39,586 nucleotides of DNA from a virus (lineage: Duplodnaviria; Caudoviricetes), in the IMG/VR virus record IMGVR_UViG_3300020325_000030, positions 1 to 39,586 of that record; one strand, 5' to 3'. This document shows, one piece after another, positions 19,601 through 29,555 of the stretch; position 1 is the first letter of the stretch, and each line of letters opens with the position of its first letter. The position numbers were made by a program, and so were the translations under genes. The notes under the pieces are model-generated. The model saw only the letters and a list, made by a program, of their open reading frames with translations. It had not been told where the DNA came from and did not search any database.

Positions 19601-22600
19601 CTGCAGCATTATCTTGCTCAAACAGATAGTTATTTCCTGCATTATTTTCTGTAGAGGGAGTCTGGAATACTCCATTGATAAACAGAATACCATTTCCTGG
19701 GGAAATACCAGAAGTATTGATTCCTTCAATGGTTGTAGTGTAAGTTTTACCGATTCCACTGAAACTATCAGAAATATCATCAAACAGCATATTTTCAGTA
19801 TAATCAGATCTCAAGAATGTTCTTCCAGAGAACTCTGCCTTCACATAAGGTAGATTAGATTCATTTCTTCTTGCTCTAGTATTACCTTTTGGTGGATCAA
19901 CAAAGAACACTTCGTTCTTAACAATATTGATTGAACCGCGATAAATTTGAACATTTGCTCCATCACTGTGAGCAGAAGATGCACTTCCAACAACACCTCT
20001 TATAACGGAAACTGTTGGATGTGTTGCAATACCACCAGAAGCAATAATACCGTTAATAGGTCCAAGGAGTTGACCATTAGCATTAGTACTAAGACCAACT
20101 TCAACAACCTTCATGTATTCATCATCAATTTTGAGAAGATCTCTTGGTTGAATCGAAGAAATACCACTGAGGTTGAATGTAGCAATACCTGCAGTAATTC
20201 CACCACTGTTAAAATCAAGACTATGATTAACTGGTGTAAATGAAATTGGTTGCTGAACAATACCATCAAGAGCAATAACAGTTTTACTAAGTTTTTTAGT
20301 AAATTCTAATTCATGTGCATTTCCAAGACCAGCATCGGTAAATGTTACAAAAATGCCTGCTCTAGCATATTCTTCCTTTGTTGCAAGTTTAAAACTATCT
20401 GGAGTGATAGCAATAGGATAAACTTTTTCTGGAAGTCTATCAGTTACAACACCAAGATAGTTTGCTGTTTGACCAATACCCATTGCGGATTGACCAATTC
20501 CAGTGAATGTTGATTTTGGTGCATAAATCAGTTCTTCTCCAGTGTTGAAGAAGTGATCGGGATATGTAAACAAACCAGTCTCATAGTCTAACTTAACTGT
20601 ATCAGTTGGATCAAATGACTTGGTATAAATTGGAGCACCTTGGTGTGTAAGTTTGAAATTAGTCCTATTTGCTCTAAGACCATTCAAACCATCAAATGCA
20701 GAAAGTAAAACTAACTGATTAGAAGGACCAAATTGTAATGGATTTGGTTGATTATCAAAATCACTGAATCTGTAAAGAACTTCGTTGAAGGATTGTGCTT
20801 CAACATCATATCCAGCATCTGGATAGAAATTCAGGTAGAATTCATTTCCACTAATTTCTCCACCGAATGTTCCGAGACCAGTTGTGTTATTAACTGGTGC
20901 AAATGGTCCAGGAGTAACATAAGTCTGCATATCCATATCATTGGACATGATTGTGACCTGGTGAATAGCAGAAGTTTCACCAGCAGAAACACGAACTACA
21001 GACGATGATGCGGAAATATCATTAATGTCAAATGTCCCCAATCTTATAGAATTAGTTCCATGACCAAATGTGGACTCAAGTCTCGCACTCTTTTCAGTTC
21101 CTGCTGGTTGATTATTGAGAAGGAATCGAGTAGTTCCAATACCTGCTGTAGTTGTACCAAATCCTACAACATTAGCACGAATATCGTAAACAATAGTAGA
21201 AGATATACCACTATTTGTAGCAGTTAGAGAAACAATTCCAGCATTTGCATCGTAAATTGCACTAAGGATACCAGTTTGAACAGCACTGTAAGAAAGATTT
21301 GTAGCATCAAAATAGTATTCACTCAAATAAGTATTATCACCATCAAAATCAAGAGTTGCTTCAACATAGTTCACGTCAGCACTGAATCTATCTGTGATTT
21401 CAATATTTGCAAATGCACCATTGAAATCATTTACATTAAATTCTGCAATTGTTTTGGTACTTGTAGCAGTACCAACACTACCAATACCAGAAACAAATGA
21501 ACCAGTGAGATCTATACTACCAAGAGACTCTGTACCAATTCCAGTAGAACCAGCAGGGAGTGCTTGATACAAATAATTCTTTCTGAGTATTTTGATATCA
21601 TGATCTGTATCATATGGGTCAGTTGGATCAAATATTAGAGTTTTTCTTCCATCCTCAAGACTTGCACGGAAAGTTCCGAGTAGACGATTGCTGAAAGTAG
21701 AATACTTTGTGAACAGATATGTATTAAGAGTAGATGACTGTAATACCAGTTCTGAAAGTTGAATATCTCCAGTATCTGGATCAGTAACTTGTATCAAATA
21801 TCTTACATGATTATCGGCAAATCCAATTTCTTCGAGTTCAGTAAATGAATCTTGGAAACCTCTACTTGAGAACTTGTTGCTGATATCATCATGAATTAGA
21901 ACTCTATTGGTTCTACACTCAGTGAAGTCTGTAAGTTTTCTATTTTGAATCTGTAAAGAGTTTGATTGTAAGAAACTACCAATTCCACTCTGTCTAGGAT
22001 CGTCGTCAATAGCATTATCAAACATATTGATAGTATCAACTCTCTTCTCAGAGAGAACATCCAAAACAACAATCGATGTTGTAGACCCTGCTAAACCTGC
22101 TGTTGCAGTTCCAACAGATGTAATACCAACATCAGCAAAATTCTTAAGACCTGCTGGGTGAATTATGCTATTAACTGGAGATGAAAATTCACTCCAAGTA
22201 ATTGGACTCTTAATAGAATATGAAAGATTTTGATAATAATCATTATCTGGAATAACCTGATAATCTTCACTAATCTTGCCAATATCATTCTTCCATCCAA
22301 TATCAAGGTTAGAAGCATAATTGATATTGAATTTTGCTCTCTTTCTATCTACATCAGTTACATCTGCAATAGTACCGCTAACAATCCCCTTAATTTTTGA
22401 ACCTTCAACTAAGTTAAAATCACCCTTAATTTTAATAAAATCATCTCTAACCAAGGCAACTGAAAGATCTGTTTGTACAAAACCACCACCAGCATCTACA
22501 TACAATGGTTCATTGATTGTGAATTTAGATCTTTCTTGTAATACTTTGATTTCTGGATAATCATTTTTATTAACGATGGTTGCGTATCCAGATTGATAAG

Positions 22601-25600
22601 TCTTAGCAATACCTGGATTAGTGGTAAGACCAACTCCATCTTCACCAACGACTTGGAATGTTAATTGTGCAGGACTTGTATCGTTATAAGAGATTACTTT
22701 GAAGAATTTGTAATCATAGTCAGCAGAGTTATATCCATCACCAGAATCCGACATTTCGATTCCTTCAACAAAAATCAAGTCACCTGCACCAAATAAGGTT
22801 GTTGTGAATCCAAGAATTGGAGTTGTCAGTGTGCAAGTAGCAATACCAAAGTTGCTGGTAGTCATCGAAACAATACCAACACCGTTAGAATTATTAATTG
22901 AAACAATTCTATGTGGTTCGGAATCAAGTCCAAATAGAGGAGCTAATTGTTCGATTTCGGAAATTGAACCGTTAGGTGCATGACCAACCAAAGATGTTGT
23001 ATCAACAATCTCATTTGTTGTCTCATTCCAAACAATAAGATCTGGATCAGTAAGATATCTTCTACCAGGATTGATAACATCAAATCCAGTGATTGTATCC
23101 AGATTATCAATTCTAACAATCGGTGGTACAATTGCTTCAGGTCTTAAAGTTTTATCTGATGGATAATCATATCCAATATCTTTAAATCTTACCTTTTTAA
23201 TTCTTCCAATGGAAGTTGAAATTGCAGCAATGTTTGCATTATTTCCATTCAAAGTACTAACATCAATGAATTCGGGGAGTTTTTCATAGTTAAATCCTCT
23301 AGAAATAACTTCAACTTTTCCTATAGAACCATTAAGTGCATTAGAAGACTTAGTTGTATATTCAAGAGTATCACATTGTTCTGGAAGATAATCCAATACT
23401 AATGGTAATTTTGTTGGTGAAATATTGAATGCTGTTGTACCTACGCCAAATACGTTATATGTTCCAATATATTCACTATTAACATAGTTAATCTCTGAGA
23501 AATTAATTACATCTTTATCGGCAGTGCTGATGTATCCACCCTTTTCTAAAGTATAATAAAGTTTAGTTGGTACATTTTCAGAATATTTAATAGTAAGTGA
23601 TGAGTTGCTTGCGGTACCAATACCAACTGAACCAACACCAACTACATTAAAGTCTCTACTATCATAAGAAGACACATATTCATTAATGAAAGAATTCTCT
23701 CTATAAATTTTTAATTCATATCCGTTGAGAGAAGTATCTTGTAAGTTAATTTGAAGATCGCTATTTCTAGTAACATTAATCTGAGGATTAACTAATGAGA
23801 ATGTGTGTACAGTATCTCCTGTTCCAACAATATTGATAGACTTCTCAGTAAGAGGATTGCTCTCATAAAGAGTCTCAGCGAGTCTAAATTTACTAGAACT
23901 ATCTCTAATTACATAATATGATTCATCCGCAACAAGTCCTTCTGCCGCTTCTATGGATTCATAGAACAGTTTATCGCCAGTCTTATATCCATGATCAGGA
24001 ATTGTAATAGTATTATTGGCGCTACTGATTCCAGTGGAATTGATTCCAGTTGGATTGATTAGTAAAATTTGTTTATCTGCATTAAATGCTGCTCTACATG
24101 CTGCAGTTGTTCCAAGACCAACAATCGTATTTGGTACAACACTCAATTTAATGGTATCACCATTTTCTAATCCATGAGTAGCACCACAACCAATTCTAGT
24201 AGTAATCTTGCTAAGATCACCAGTTAATTCATTAAAAGTAGAAGTTAACTTATATTCAGAATTATCACTACCATTACTATAGAAGAACAGACCATTTCCA
24301 GCAGTAGTAAGACCAACTTGTGTTGTGAGACCGATATAATTTCTTCCCTTATCAATTACATAAAGTTCTGAAACTGACTGTGGGATAAAGAAAGTATTTG
24401 TATTAGTTTCATCGTTACCTACAATGATTTGATTTACTGCAGGATTTGATGATTTCTCAAAAGATACTTTTTGACCAGTTTTAAATGGATGATTCGGTAT
24501 ACGAATCTGTCTTACTGGAAGATTGACGGTTGTCTCAGTAGTTCCAATATCGAAAGTTTTGTTAATTGCAGATCCTGGAGTTTGACCAACACCAACAGAT
24601 TGATCAGCATTAAAATATACTACATGATTTCTCTTAGAATCAAACTCCTTGGTTTTTAAAGGAAGAATTATACGATCACTGAGAAGTTCAAGTCTGCTAC
24701 TGTAACTATGTGCAACACCTGCTGTACCATGCCTCTTAACTCTCAAAACACCATTATCAAAGTCATTGAGGACAGTTACATTCTCTATTGTTTGTTGCAG
24801 TCCATCATGGGATACAATTCTCAGAGTATTTCCAATTGATACATTATTAAATCTTCTAGAAAGGAAAATATCTTCATATCTACCATACGGTGTAGAATTA
24901 TATTGAGTCATTGTTCCTGCAAGAGAAACAACTTCTGTACCAAATCCAACTTTAGTAGAACCCGCTAAAGCAATTACTGAAGTTGATAATCCACTAATCA
25001 GAACAGTATCATTATTAAATATTTCAAATCCATTTCTATTGTAAGCAGTTACTTGCTTATCATTATCCCACTCAAATACAACACCCTCATATTTTTCAAG
25101 AGTTGTATTGATTGAGGTAATTGCTGCTCCAACTATTTCAGATACAGTTGCTCTCAGACCAGCACCATTTGTTCCTTCACTTTCAAAATTAACTCTATCT
25201 CCAATTTTATAACCAACACCACCATCAATAACATCAATAGTATCTGTAGAACCTTGAGTTACAGATTTTACGACAGTTACTTGATCAGCACTTTCATATC
25301 CCTCATTGATAAAGTCATAATCCGCTTTAGCACGATTTACATTATATGGGAAAGTATTTCTAGAAAGATTGGAATTATTGAAATCAAATGTATGATCTAA
25401 CTTGAAATTATCCTCAATGATTTCAGAACGATAAGTATTTCCAATAAAATATGGATACTGTGGTTCAAATGCTGCAGGAAATGATGAAGTAATATTTGTA
25501 GTTACACCAACAAAGTAAGCATAAATTCCATTTGGATATTCTGGAGTTTTACCAAAACGACCATTATGCTTATCTAAATCTCCACTTCCAGTGTATTTGT

Positions 25601-28600
25601 AATCATCAACAAAGAATCCATTAGCAAAGTCTGGTCTATCTTCAACTGAAGTCGGAACTACATCATAACTTGATTTAATAATTCTTACACCAGACTGAAT
25701 GTTTTGTGGGTCATCGTATGCAAAGGGACCATAGATTGGATTTCCATCATATGCCCATCCAATAATTGGTGAGTGATTACCATCAAGTGGTTCAAGATTT
25801 TCTGCCAAATCTTCAGAATATCCAAAGATTCCATACACCAAAGAATCTTCCTTTTCATTTTTGTAGAGATTTGAGAATATCTTATCAGACTGATTCTTAG
25901 CAAATCCTGCAAATCGTTCTGCATCATTAATATCAAGATATCTAACTCTAGAATCGAACTTTGCTCCTGACCCCCTAGACTTAATATAAATGGATGTTGC
26001 TTCGGTACTATATCCGATACCTTCATTAATTACAATAACATCTGTAATTTTTCCATTTTGCAATACTGGTCTAAGAATAGCACCAGTGCCCGCAGGACTA
26101 GATCCATCCTCAATAATTAATTCTGGAATTGAGATGTAACCACTTCCACCATTCAATACTTGAACTTCAACAATTCTTCCATTAGTAACAATTGGTGCAA
26201 ATTGTGCATTAATACCTTCAGTAATACTAATGGTTGGTTTTTTATGTAAATTTATGGTTGTAGAACCATAACCAACACCAGGTTCATAGAGATATGCATC
26301 AACAATGCTTCCCGTAATTAAAGGAGTAATAGTGAATGTTCCAGTTGTACCACCAAATGAGACATTGGTTTTTACTTCAATTGGAGGATATTGGAATACG
26401 TGGAATCCACTACCAGAATCTATGAAGTCAACATGCTTATTTCGTACACTATCTGTAGTGTCGGTTCCACCAATACCAACATTAATTACTCTAAATGTAT
26501 CAGAGTCTAACTTTTCAATCTGATATTGATCTGTTGTATTAAGACCAGCAATCTCATTTTCAGTACTGGAATATAAAACAGTCTCACCTGTCTCAAATCC
26601 ATGATTTTTATAAGAAACTGTATTATAAACTGTCGAAATACCAGAGGTCTTTACTCTCAGTTTTCTATGCGTATATCCAGATCCAGGAGTTAATACTTTA
26701 ATCTCCCTAAGATTGTTTCTAGGAAGAGTTCTAAACTTATGAATACCACTAGCAGATGTTGCAGTAGAAAGACCAATAGTATTGATACCTACACCTTCAA
26801 AAAGGGCATCTGCTTCATTAATATGAAGTTTGATCGTTTTACTATTAACAACTTTAACGACGTATTGATCACCACTGACTAAAGTTCCAGTAATTGAATT
26901 ATTAACATCATATGCGTTTCCAATAGAAATTGGTTTATTGTTATTATGATTATAAATTACAGTCTGACCATTACTAAAACTGTGATTTTCGAAGAATGTA
27001 ATAGTTTCCTCTTCGATATCAACACCACCACCAAGAGTGCGAGCACGACTATCAAACGATACTTCTCTAAATCTTCTACCAACAACAGGTTCTAAAGTAC
27101 AACCACTACCATTTCCTCCAGTTAAAGTAACTGATAAAACATTATCAACGTCAAAATTTTGTGGATCAACAAGAACTTCTTTTACACTACCTGTAATAAT
27201 TGGTTCTACTAGGGCAGTAACCAAACCTACAGTTCTTGCCATTCCAACGCTAATAGCAATTTGTGGTGGATTAATTACATCATAGTCCTTACCACCATTC
27301 AATACTTCAAATCTTTCCAGAGGACCAAAGTAAACCCTATCCCTAGATTCTGGACTACTGATTTCTACACCGTCAATAAGAACACCAACATTTCCAATAT
27401 TTCTTGTAACTTCACCTTGTTGTGCAAGTGTCTGTTTTAATGGGAATTTTCTAAGAATATTATTTGAAGATAATTGCTTATCTTCGTGTCTATCGAGAGT
27501 AAAGGTATGTGTTCCACCTAATGCATTAGGAATAAATCTCACTGGTTGATCACCAGTAGGATACTTTGAAGTATTTTCTACCTTTAATGATGACTTAGAA
27601 GAATATAATTGAATCTCATTAGATTTTATTACCTTAACATAATAATATTCTCCAGATACTAATCCAGAAAGTTGATTATCTGCAAGATACTTTACTCTAT
27701 CACCAGTTACAAATCTTACTGTTGATGGAAACTTGATTGATTTCCAGGTCTTAAGTCCAGAATCATAATTACCCAGATTAGATTCAAGACCATCTGGTAT
27801 GGAAGATTCGACTATTTCATCAGAAATATTGTACCCAGGTAAAGAATGTGATGCAACATAACCAAACTCTTCCTTATCATCTGTATAAACGTTTAGTACG
27901 TTTGCAACATAAACATCATTTCCTTCTTTGATTGGAGTTGCTAAACTTTGACCCTTGATTAGATTTCTTCTAATACTGTAGGTTTGAGTCGATACTGGAG
28001 TAAATCCAGGAATATTTCCAAGACTTACTTCTTTACCACTGATAGAATTGACTGTTGCACCAGAACCATTTGGTGCTACTACATTACTACTTCCAATCAG
28101 AATATCTACAGTATCACCAACCCTAAGAGTTGCTTTATCAATATCTTCAAATAAGAAGAATGATCCTCCTTGAATATCTTGAACATCAAATCTTGACTTA
28201 GTATTGTATATCCAAGAATTTGCAAATACTTCTTTATATGTTCTATCTTCTACTGGATTTCTAATTATTTCACCAATATTTCTTACAGCAATTTCTTCAC
28301 CGACTTCCATCAAAGGAATGTCTTCAAGTGCTTCAAAATCAGACAGAACTCCTGTAATACGAAGTTCACATTTCTTTTCTATATCACCATTTTCATATCC
28401 AAAGATAGTTTCATCTGCTCTAATTGGATCGGTTACATTAATTGCATCAGTAATTCCAGTACAACCAAAGAACTGGTTAATACTCTTTGAAGTATATTCA
28501 ATTTTATTGCTACCACTAACAATAGAACCAGTCTGACCAAAACCTATTGTAGAGTCTACAGTGATTACAGAAGCACCAGGTGAGACAGATTCTAAGACTC

Positions 28601-29552
28601 TTGAGAATCCAGGAACAACAAAAGTGCCTTCGACAAGATCCCTATCATTATATCCAACAAACAAACCAAGTTTATAGAAAGCCTTTGTATCTCTAGTAAA
28701 GATTTCTACCTCAGATACAGAAGCATTTGTACTCAGGTCATTAGATCTAAAGATAGTTTGACCTTCTAAACCAAACGGGTCTCCAGAAAGACTCTCAGCG
28801 ACCACTACCTCCCTTCTGATGTAGTCTGCAGATGAAGGTTTAATCAATCTACCCTCAAGGTCAATAACCTTCGCTGTGACGCCATACAGGACCTTGAAGA
28901 GAATAATTACAGACTCTTCAATACCCTTAGACTGATAGAAGTTTCTAGCGTGTTTGATGAAGTTAGAAACATTCAGATCTGATACAAAAGTCTCTTCTTC
29001 AAATCCAGGTGTAAATGTCTTCTTTAATTTTTTATAAAATTCCTGTAAGAAAAGCGCACTAAGATTTTGAATAGATGCATTTGCACTATGAGAAGCAGCA
29101 GCAGTATCCTCAAAAACAACACTTTGGCGGTTTGTGTTTACAAAATGTGCCTTTGTGCTATCATCAAACCCAGTAACGCCACTAAAACCACGAATACATC
29201 CAGTAAACGTAGTATCAGTCTTACCAGTGTAAGTGATAATCTCGTCGCCAATTTTTAACAGACCATAATCATCTGGATATCCCTTCGTTGAAGAGACTGT
29301 GATTGTAGTATCTGTTTCACTAATATCAGAAGACAGAGTTGCCTTACCAATAACAACTTCTGGAATCAGATTATCTAACTTGATATAAAGATCAAGATTA
29401 TCTACCAGGTCAATGTTACCACCCTGTGCTTCTTGGGAGATATAATATTGTCTGAAAAAATCTACTGCCTTTGGAAAATCGGCAACTAAGAATTCGGGAA
29501 GTTGGCTCTCAATAATTTTATTGAGTTGCACTTTCTTCTCAAAATGCGACAT
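16686..29552 (-). CDS. gp7: Baseplate wedge initiator gp7-like giant structural protein (4288 aa)
   Basis: Lies between gp6 and gp8; IIESQLPEF, IKHARNFYQSKG.EES..ILFKVLYG and DNDYYQNLSYSIKS..HPAG motifs; repeated GxGY modules; YHYH-like insert. Confidence 0.85.
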   Translation of the reverse strand: MSHFEKKVQLNKIIESQLPEFLVADFPKAVDFFRQYYISQEAQGGNIDLVDNLDLYIKLDNLIPEVVIGKATLSSDISETDTTITVSSTKGYPDDYGLLKIGDEIITYTGKTDTTFTGCIRGFSGVTGFDDSTKAHFVNTNRQSVVFEDTAAASHSANASIQNLSALFLQEFYKKLKKTFTPGFEEETFVSDLNVSNFIKHARNFYQSKGIEESVIILFKVLYGVTAKVIDLEGRLIKPSSADYIRREVVVAESLSGDPFGLEGQTIFRSNDLSTNASVSEVEIFTRDTKAFYKLGLFVGYNDRDLVEGTFVVPGFSRVLESVSPGASVITVDSTIGFGQTGSIVSGSNKIEYTSKSINQFFGCTGITDAINVTDPIRADETIFGYENGDIEKKCELRITGVLSDFEALEDIPLMEVGEEIAVRNIGEIIRNPVEDRTYKEVFANSWIYNTKSRFDVQDIQGGSFFLFEDIDKATLRVGDTVDILIGSSNVVAPNGSGATVNSISGKEVSLGNIPGFTPVSTQTYSIRRNLIKGQSLATPIKEGNDVYVANVLNVYTDDKEEFGYVASHSLPGYNISDEIVESSIPDGLESNLGNYDSGLKTWKSIKFPSTVRFVTGDRVKYLADNQLSGLVSGEYYYVKVIKSNEIQLYSSKSSLKVENTSKYPTGDQPVRFIPNALGGTHTFTLDRHEDKQLSSNNILRKFPLKQTLAQQGEVTRNIGNVGVLIDGVEISSPESRDRVYFGPLERFEVLNGGKDYDVINPPQIAISVGMARTVGLVTALVEPIITGSVKEVLVDPQNFDVDNVLSVTLTGGNGSGCTLEPVVGRRFREVSFDSRARTLGGGVDIEEETITFFENHSFSNGQTVIYNHNNNKPISIGNAYDVNNSITGTLVSGDQYVVKVVNSKTIKLHINEADALFEGVGINTIGLSTATSASGIHKFRTLPRNNLREIKVLTPGSGYTHRKLRVKTSGISTVYNTVSYKNHGFETGETVLYSSTENEIAGLNTTDQYQIEKLDSDTFRVINVGIGGTDTTDSVRNKHVDFIDSGSGFHVFQYPPIEVKTNVSFGGTTGTFTITPLITGSIVDAYLYEPGVGYGSTTINLHKKPTISITEGINAQFAPIVTNGRIVEVQVLNGGSGYISIPELIIEDGSSPAGTGAILRPVLQNGKITDVIVINEGIGYSTEATSIYIKSRGSGAKFDSRVRYLDINDAERFAGFAKNQSDKIFSNLYKNEKEDSLVYGIFGYSEDLAENLEPLDGNHSPIIGWAYDGNPIYGPFAYDDPQNIQSGVRIIKSSYDVVPTSVEDRPDFANGFFVDDYKYTGSGDLDKHNGRFGKTPEYPNGIYAYFVGVTTNITSSFPAAFEPQYPYFIGNTYRSEIIEDNFKLDHTFDFNNSNLSRNTFPYNVNRAKADYDFINEGYESADQVTVVKSVTQGSTDTIDVIDGGVGYKIGDRVNFESEGTNGAGLRATVSEIVGAAITSINTTLEKYEGVVFEWDNDKQVTAYNRNGFEIFNNDTVLISGLSTSVIALAGSTKVGFGTEVVSLAGTMTQYNSTPYGRYEDIFLSRRFNNVSIGNTLRIVSHDGLQQTIENVTVLNDFDNGVLRVKRHGTAGVAHSYSSRLELLSDRIILPLKTKEFDSKRNHVVYFNADQSVGVGQTPGSAINKTFDIGTTETTVNLPVRQIRIPNHPFKTGQKVSFEKSSNPAVNQIIVGNDETNTNTFFIPQSVSELYVIDKGRNYIGLTTQVGLTTAGNGLFFYSNGSDNSEYKLTSTFNELTGDLSKITTRIGCGATHGLENGDTIKLSVVPNTIVGLGTTAACRAAFNADKQILLINPTGINSTGISSANNTITIPDHGYKTGDKLFYESIEAAEGLVADESYYVIRDSSSKFRLAETLYESNPLTEKSINIVGTGDTVHTFSLVNPQINVTRNSDLQINLQDTSLNGYELKIYRENSFINEYVSSYDSRDFNVVGVGSVGIGTASNSSLTIKYSENVPTKLYYTLEKGGYISTADKDVINFSEINYVNSEYIGTYNVFGVGTTAFNISPTKLPLVLDYLPEQCDTLEYTTKSSNALNGSIGKVEVISRGFNYEKLPEFIDVSTLNGNNANIAAISTSIGRIKKVRFKDIGYDYPSDKTLRPEAIVPPIVRIDNLDTITGFDVINPGRRYLTDPDLIVWNETTNEIVDTTSLVGHAPNGSISEIEQLAPLFGLDSEPHRIVSINNSNGVGIVSMTTSNFGIATCTLTTPILGFTTTLFGAGDLIFVEGIEMSDSGDGYNSADYDYKFFKVISYNDTSPAQLTFQVVGEDGVGLTTNPGIAKTYQSGYATIVNKNDYPEIKVLQERSKFTINEPLYVDAGGGFVQTDLSVALVRDDFIKIKGDFNLVEGSKIKGIVSGTIADVTDVDRKRAKFNINYASNLDIGWKNDIGKISEDYQVIPDNDYYQNLSYSIKSPITWSEFSSPVNSIIHPAGLKNFADVGITSVGTATAGLAGSTTSIVVLDVLSEKRVDTINMFDNAIDDDPRQSGIGSFLQSNSLQIQNRKLTDFTECRTNRVLIHDDISNKFSSRGFQDSFTELEEIGFADNHVRYLIQVTDPDTGDIQLSELVLQSSTLNTYLFTKYSTFSNRLLGTFRASLEDGRKTLIFDPTDPYDTDHDIKILRKNYLYQALPAGSTGIGTESLGSIDLTGSFVSGIGSVGTATSTKTIAEFNVNDFNGAFANIEITDRFSADVNYVEATLDFDGDNTYLSEYYFDATNLSYSAVQTGILSAIYDANAGIVSLTATNSGISSTIVYDIRANVVGFGTTTAGIGTTRFLLNNQPAGTEKSARLESTFGHGTNSIRLGTFDINDISASSSVVRVSAGETSAIHQVTIMSNDMDMQTYVTPGPFAPVNNTTGLGTFGGEISGNEFYLNFYPDAGYDVEAQSFNEVLYRFSDFDNQPNPLQFGPSNQLVLLSAFDGLNGLRANRTNFKLTHQGAPIYTKSFDPTDTVKLDYETGLFTYPDHFFNTGEELIYAPKSTFTGIGQSAMGIGQTANYLGVVTDRLPEKVYPIAITPDSFKLATKEEYARAGIFVTFTDAGLGNAHELEFTKKLSKTVIALDGIVQQPISFTPVNHSLDFNSGGITAGIATFNLSGISSIQPRDLLKIDDEYMKVVEVGLSTNANGQLLGPINGIIASGGIATHPTVSVIRGVVGSASSAHSDGANVQIYRGSINIVKNEVFFVDPPKGNTRARRNESNLPYVKAEFSGRTFLRSDYTENMLFDDISDSFSGIGKTYTTTIEGINTSGISPGNGILFINGVFQTPSTENNAGNNYLFEQDNAAGISSVVFTGITSTDGSYIESEFDINQNQIPRGGLIVSLGSTPGLGYAPLVGAKVKAKKNSSGTLTEIVGINTWTNPVSINTASYNKFSGILEIETDDSHNLKTGDRVKLVGLHFTCTPAYSGITTTIFPDHDRSFDIHDIISATELTVNVGTSSITHHYNHSGEVYEHFSLNHGSGYRGPVSIAVTDLAYIHRFERAVTNAITANTGAQFTPTAAKYTSHTGELQLTIVNHGLTASNTITIANDSLIFRCSDDDFFTEQSYPRSTDPASGSSLTITSVTDNTIDVNVGPGGGAGTGAEITATVGVGGTLAFNIVNGGSGYINPSIEIPEPIYENMPVKGVSRLGVGPTEETGKNLLLNLTIGAATTSNVGIGTTLFLVDSFKIARNGYAFKIGDIVEVVGLVTAKDYTDPIEPFQIEITETFNDFFSSWSFGEMDYIDSIKGYQDGNRKRFPLFYNGELLSFEIDDNEALSSAIDLDSVLLIFINGVLQTPGYAYQFTGGTSFIFTEAPRINDKVDVFFYVGQQGVDVGITTVRETLKVGDDLFVQKHPLFQETVDQILSRTISEIAGSDKVETPIYTGPGVNQNDFKPFSWTKQKKDKFIKGDIVYKTRDQLEPRIFPTAKVIGDVNSDSTEIFVDNAQFFDYDEIVYDLNVNTFEFDAFLIDHSEPVSPEFSVTVGAGGTISSISIANAGAGYTGSSIDVKFSAPKSIGVGVGTTASATATIASDGSISNVSLTNIGFGYTTTNLPQTIVEIPTAKFERISEVANVQGFSGIITGISETTGTGGQKAIKFNFVGLQDYGVNGESQVASDVLDLVAGYPVMIYNTTVGQGAVSVYDSDDAVVGVGTTFLDNIYIVDSISSLASNGEIICNVKSTSDLTGITSTGNFDENLAGLTTSLGTLSWGRIYNYSERKGSPISIGVTGLTVDSGLSTFPTIQRRGNFGQGKTGAVRSRKPVANQNLILDNDLNFYS

Positions 29553-29555
29553 ATC

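Noticed and set aside
16686-29552. Intein, intron or diversity-generating retroelement as the cause of gp7 size
   Set aside because: Single open frame; I saw no intein splice or LAGLIDADG motifs, no reverse transcriptase, and no long near-identical TR/VR repeats.
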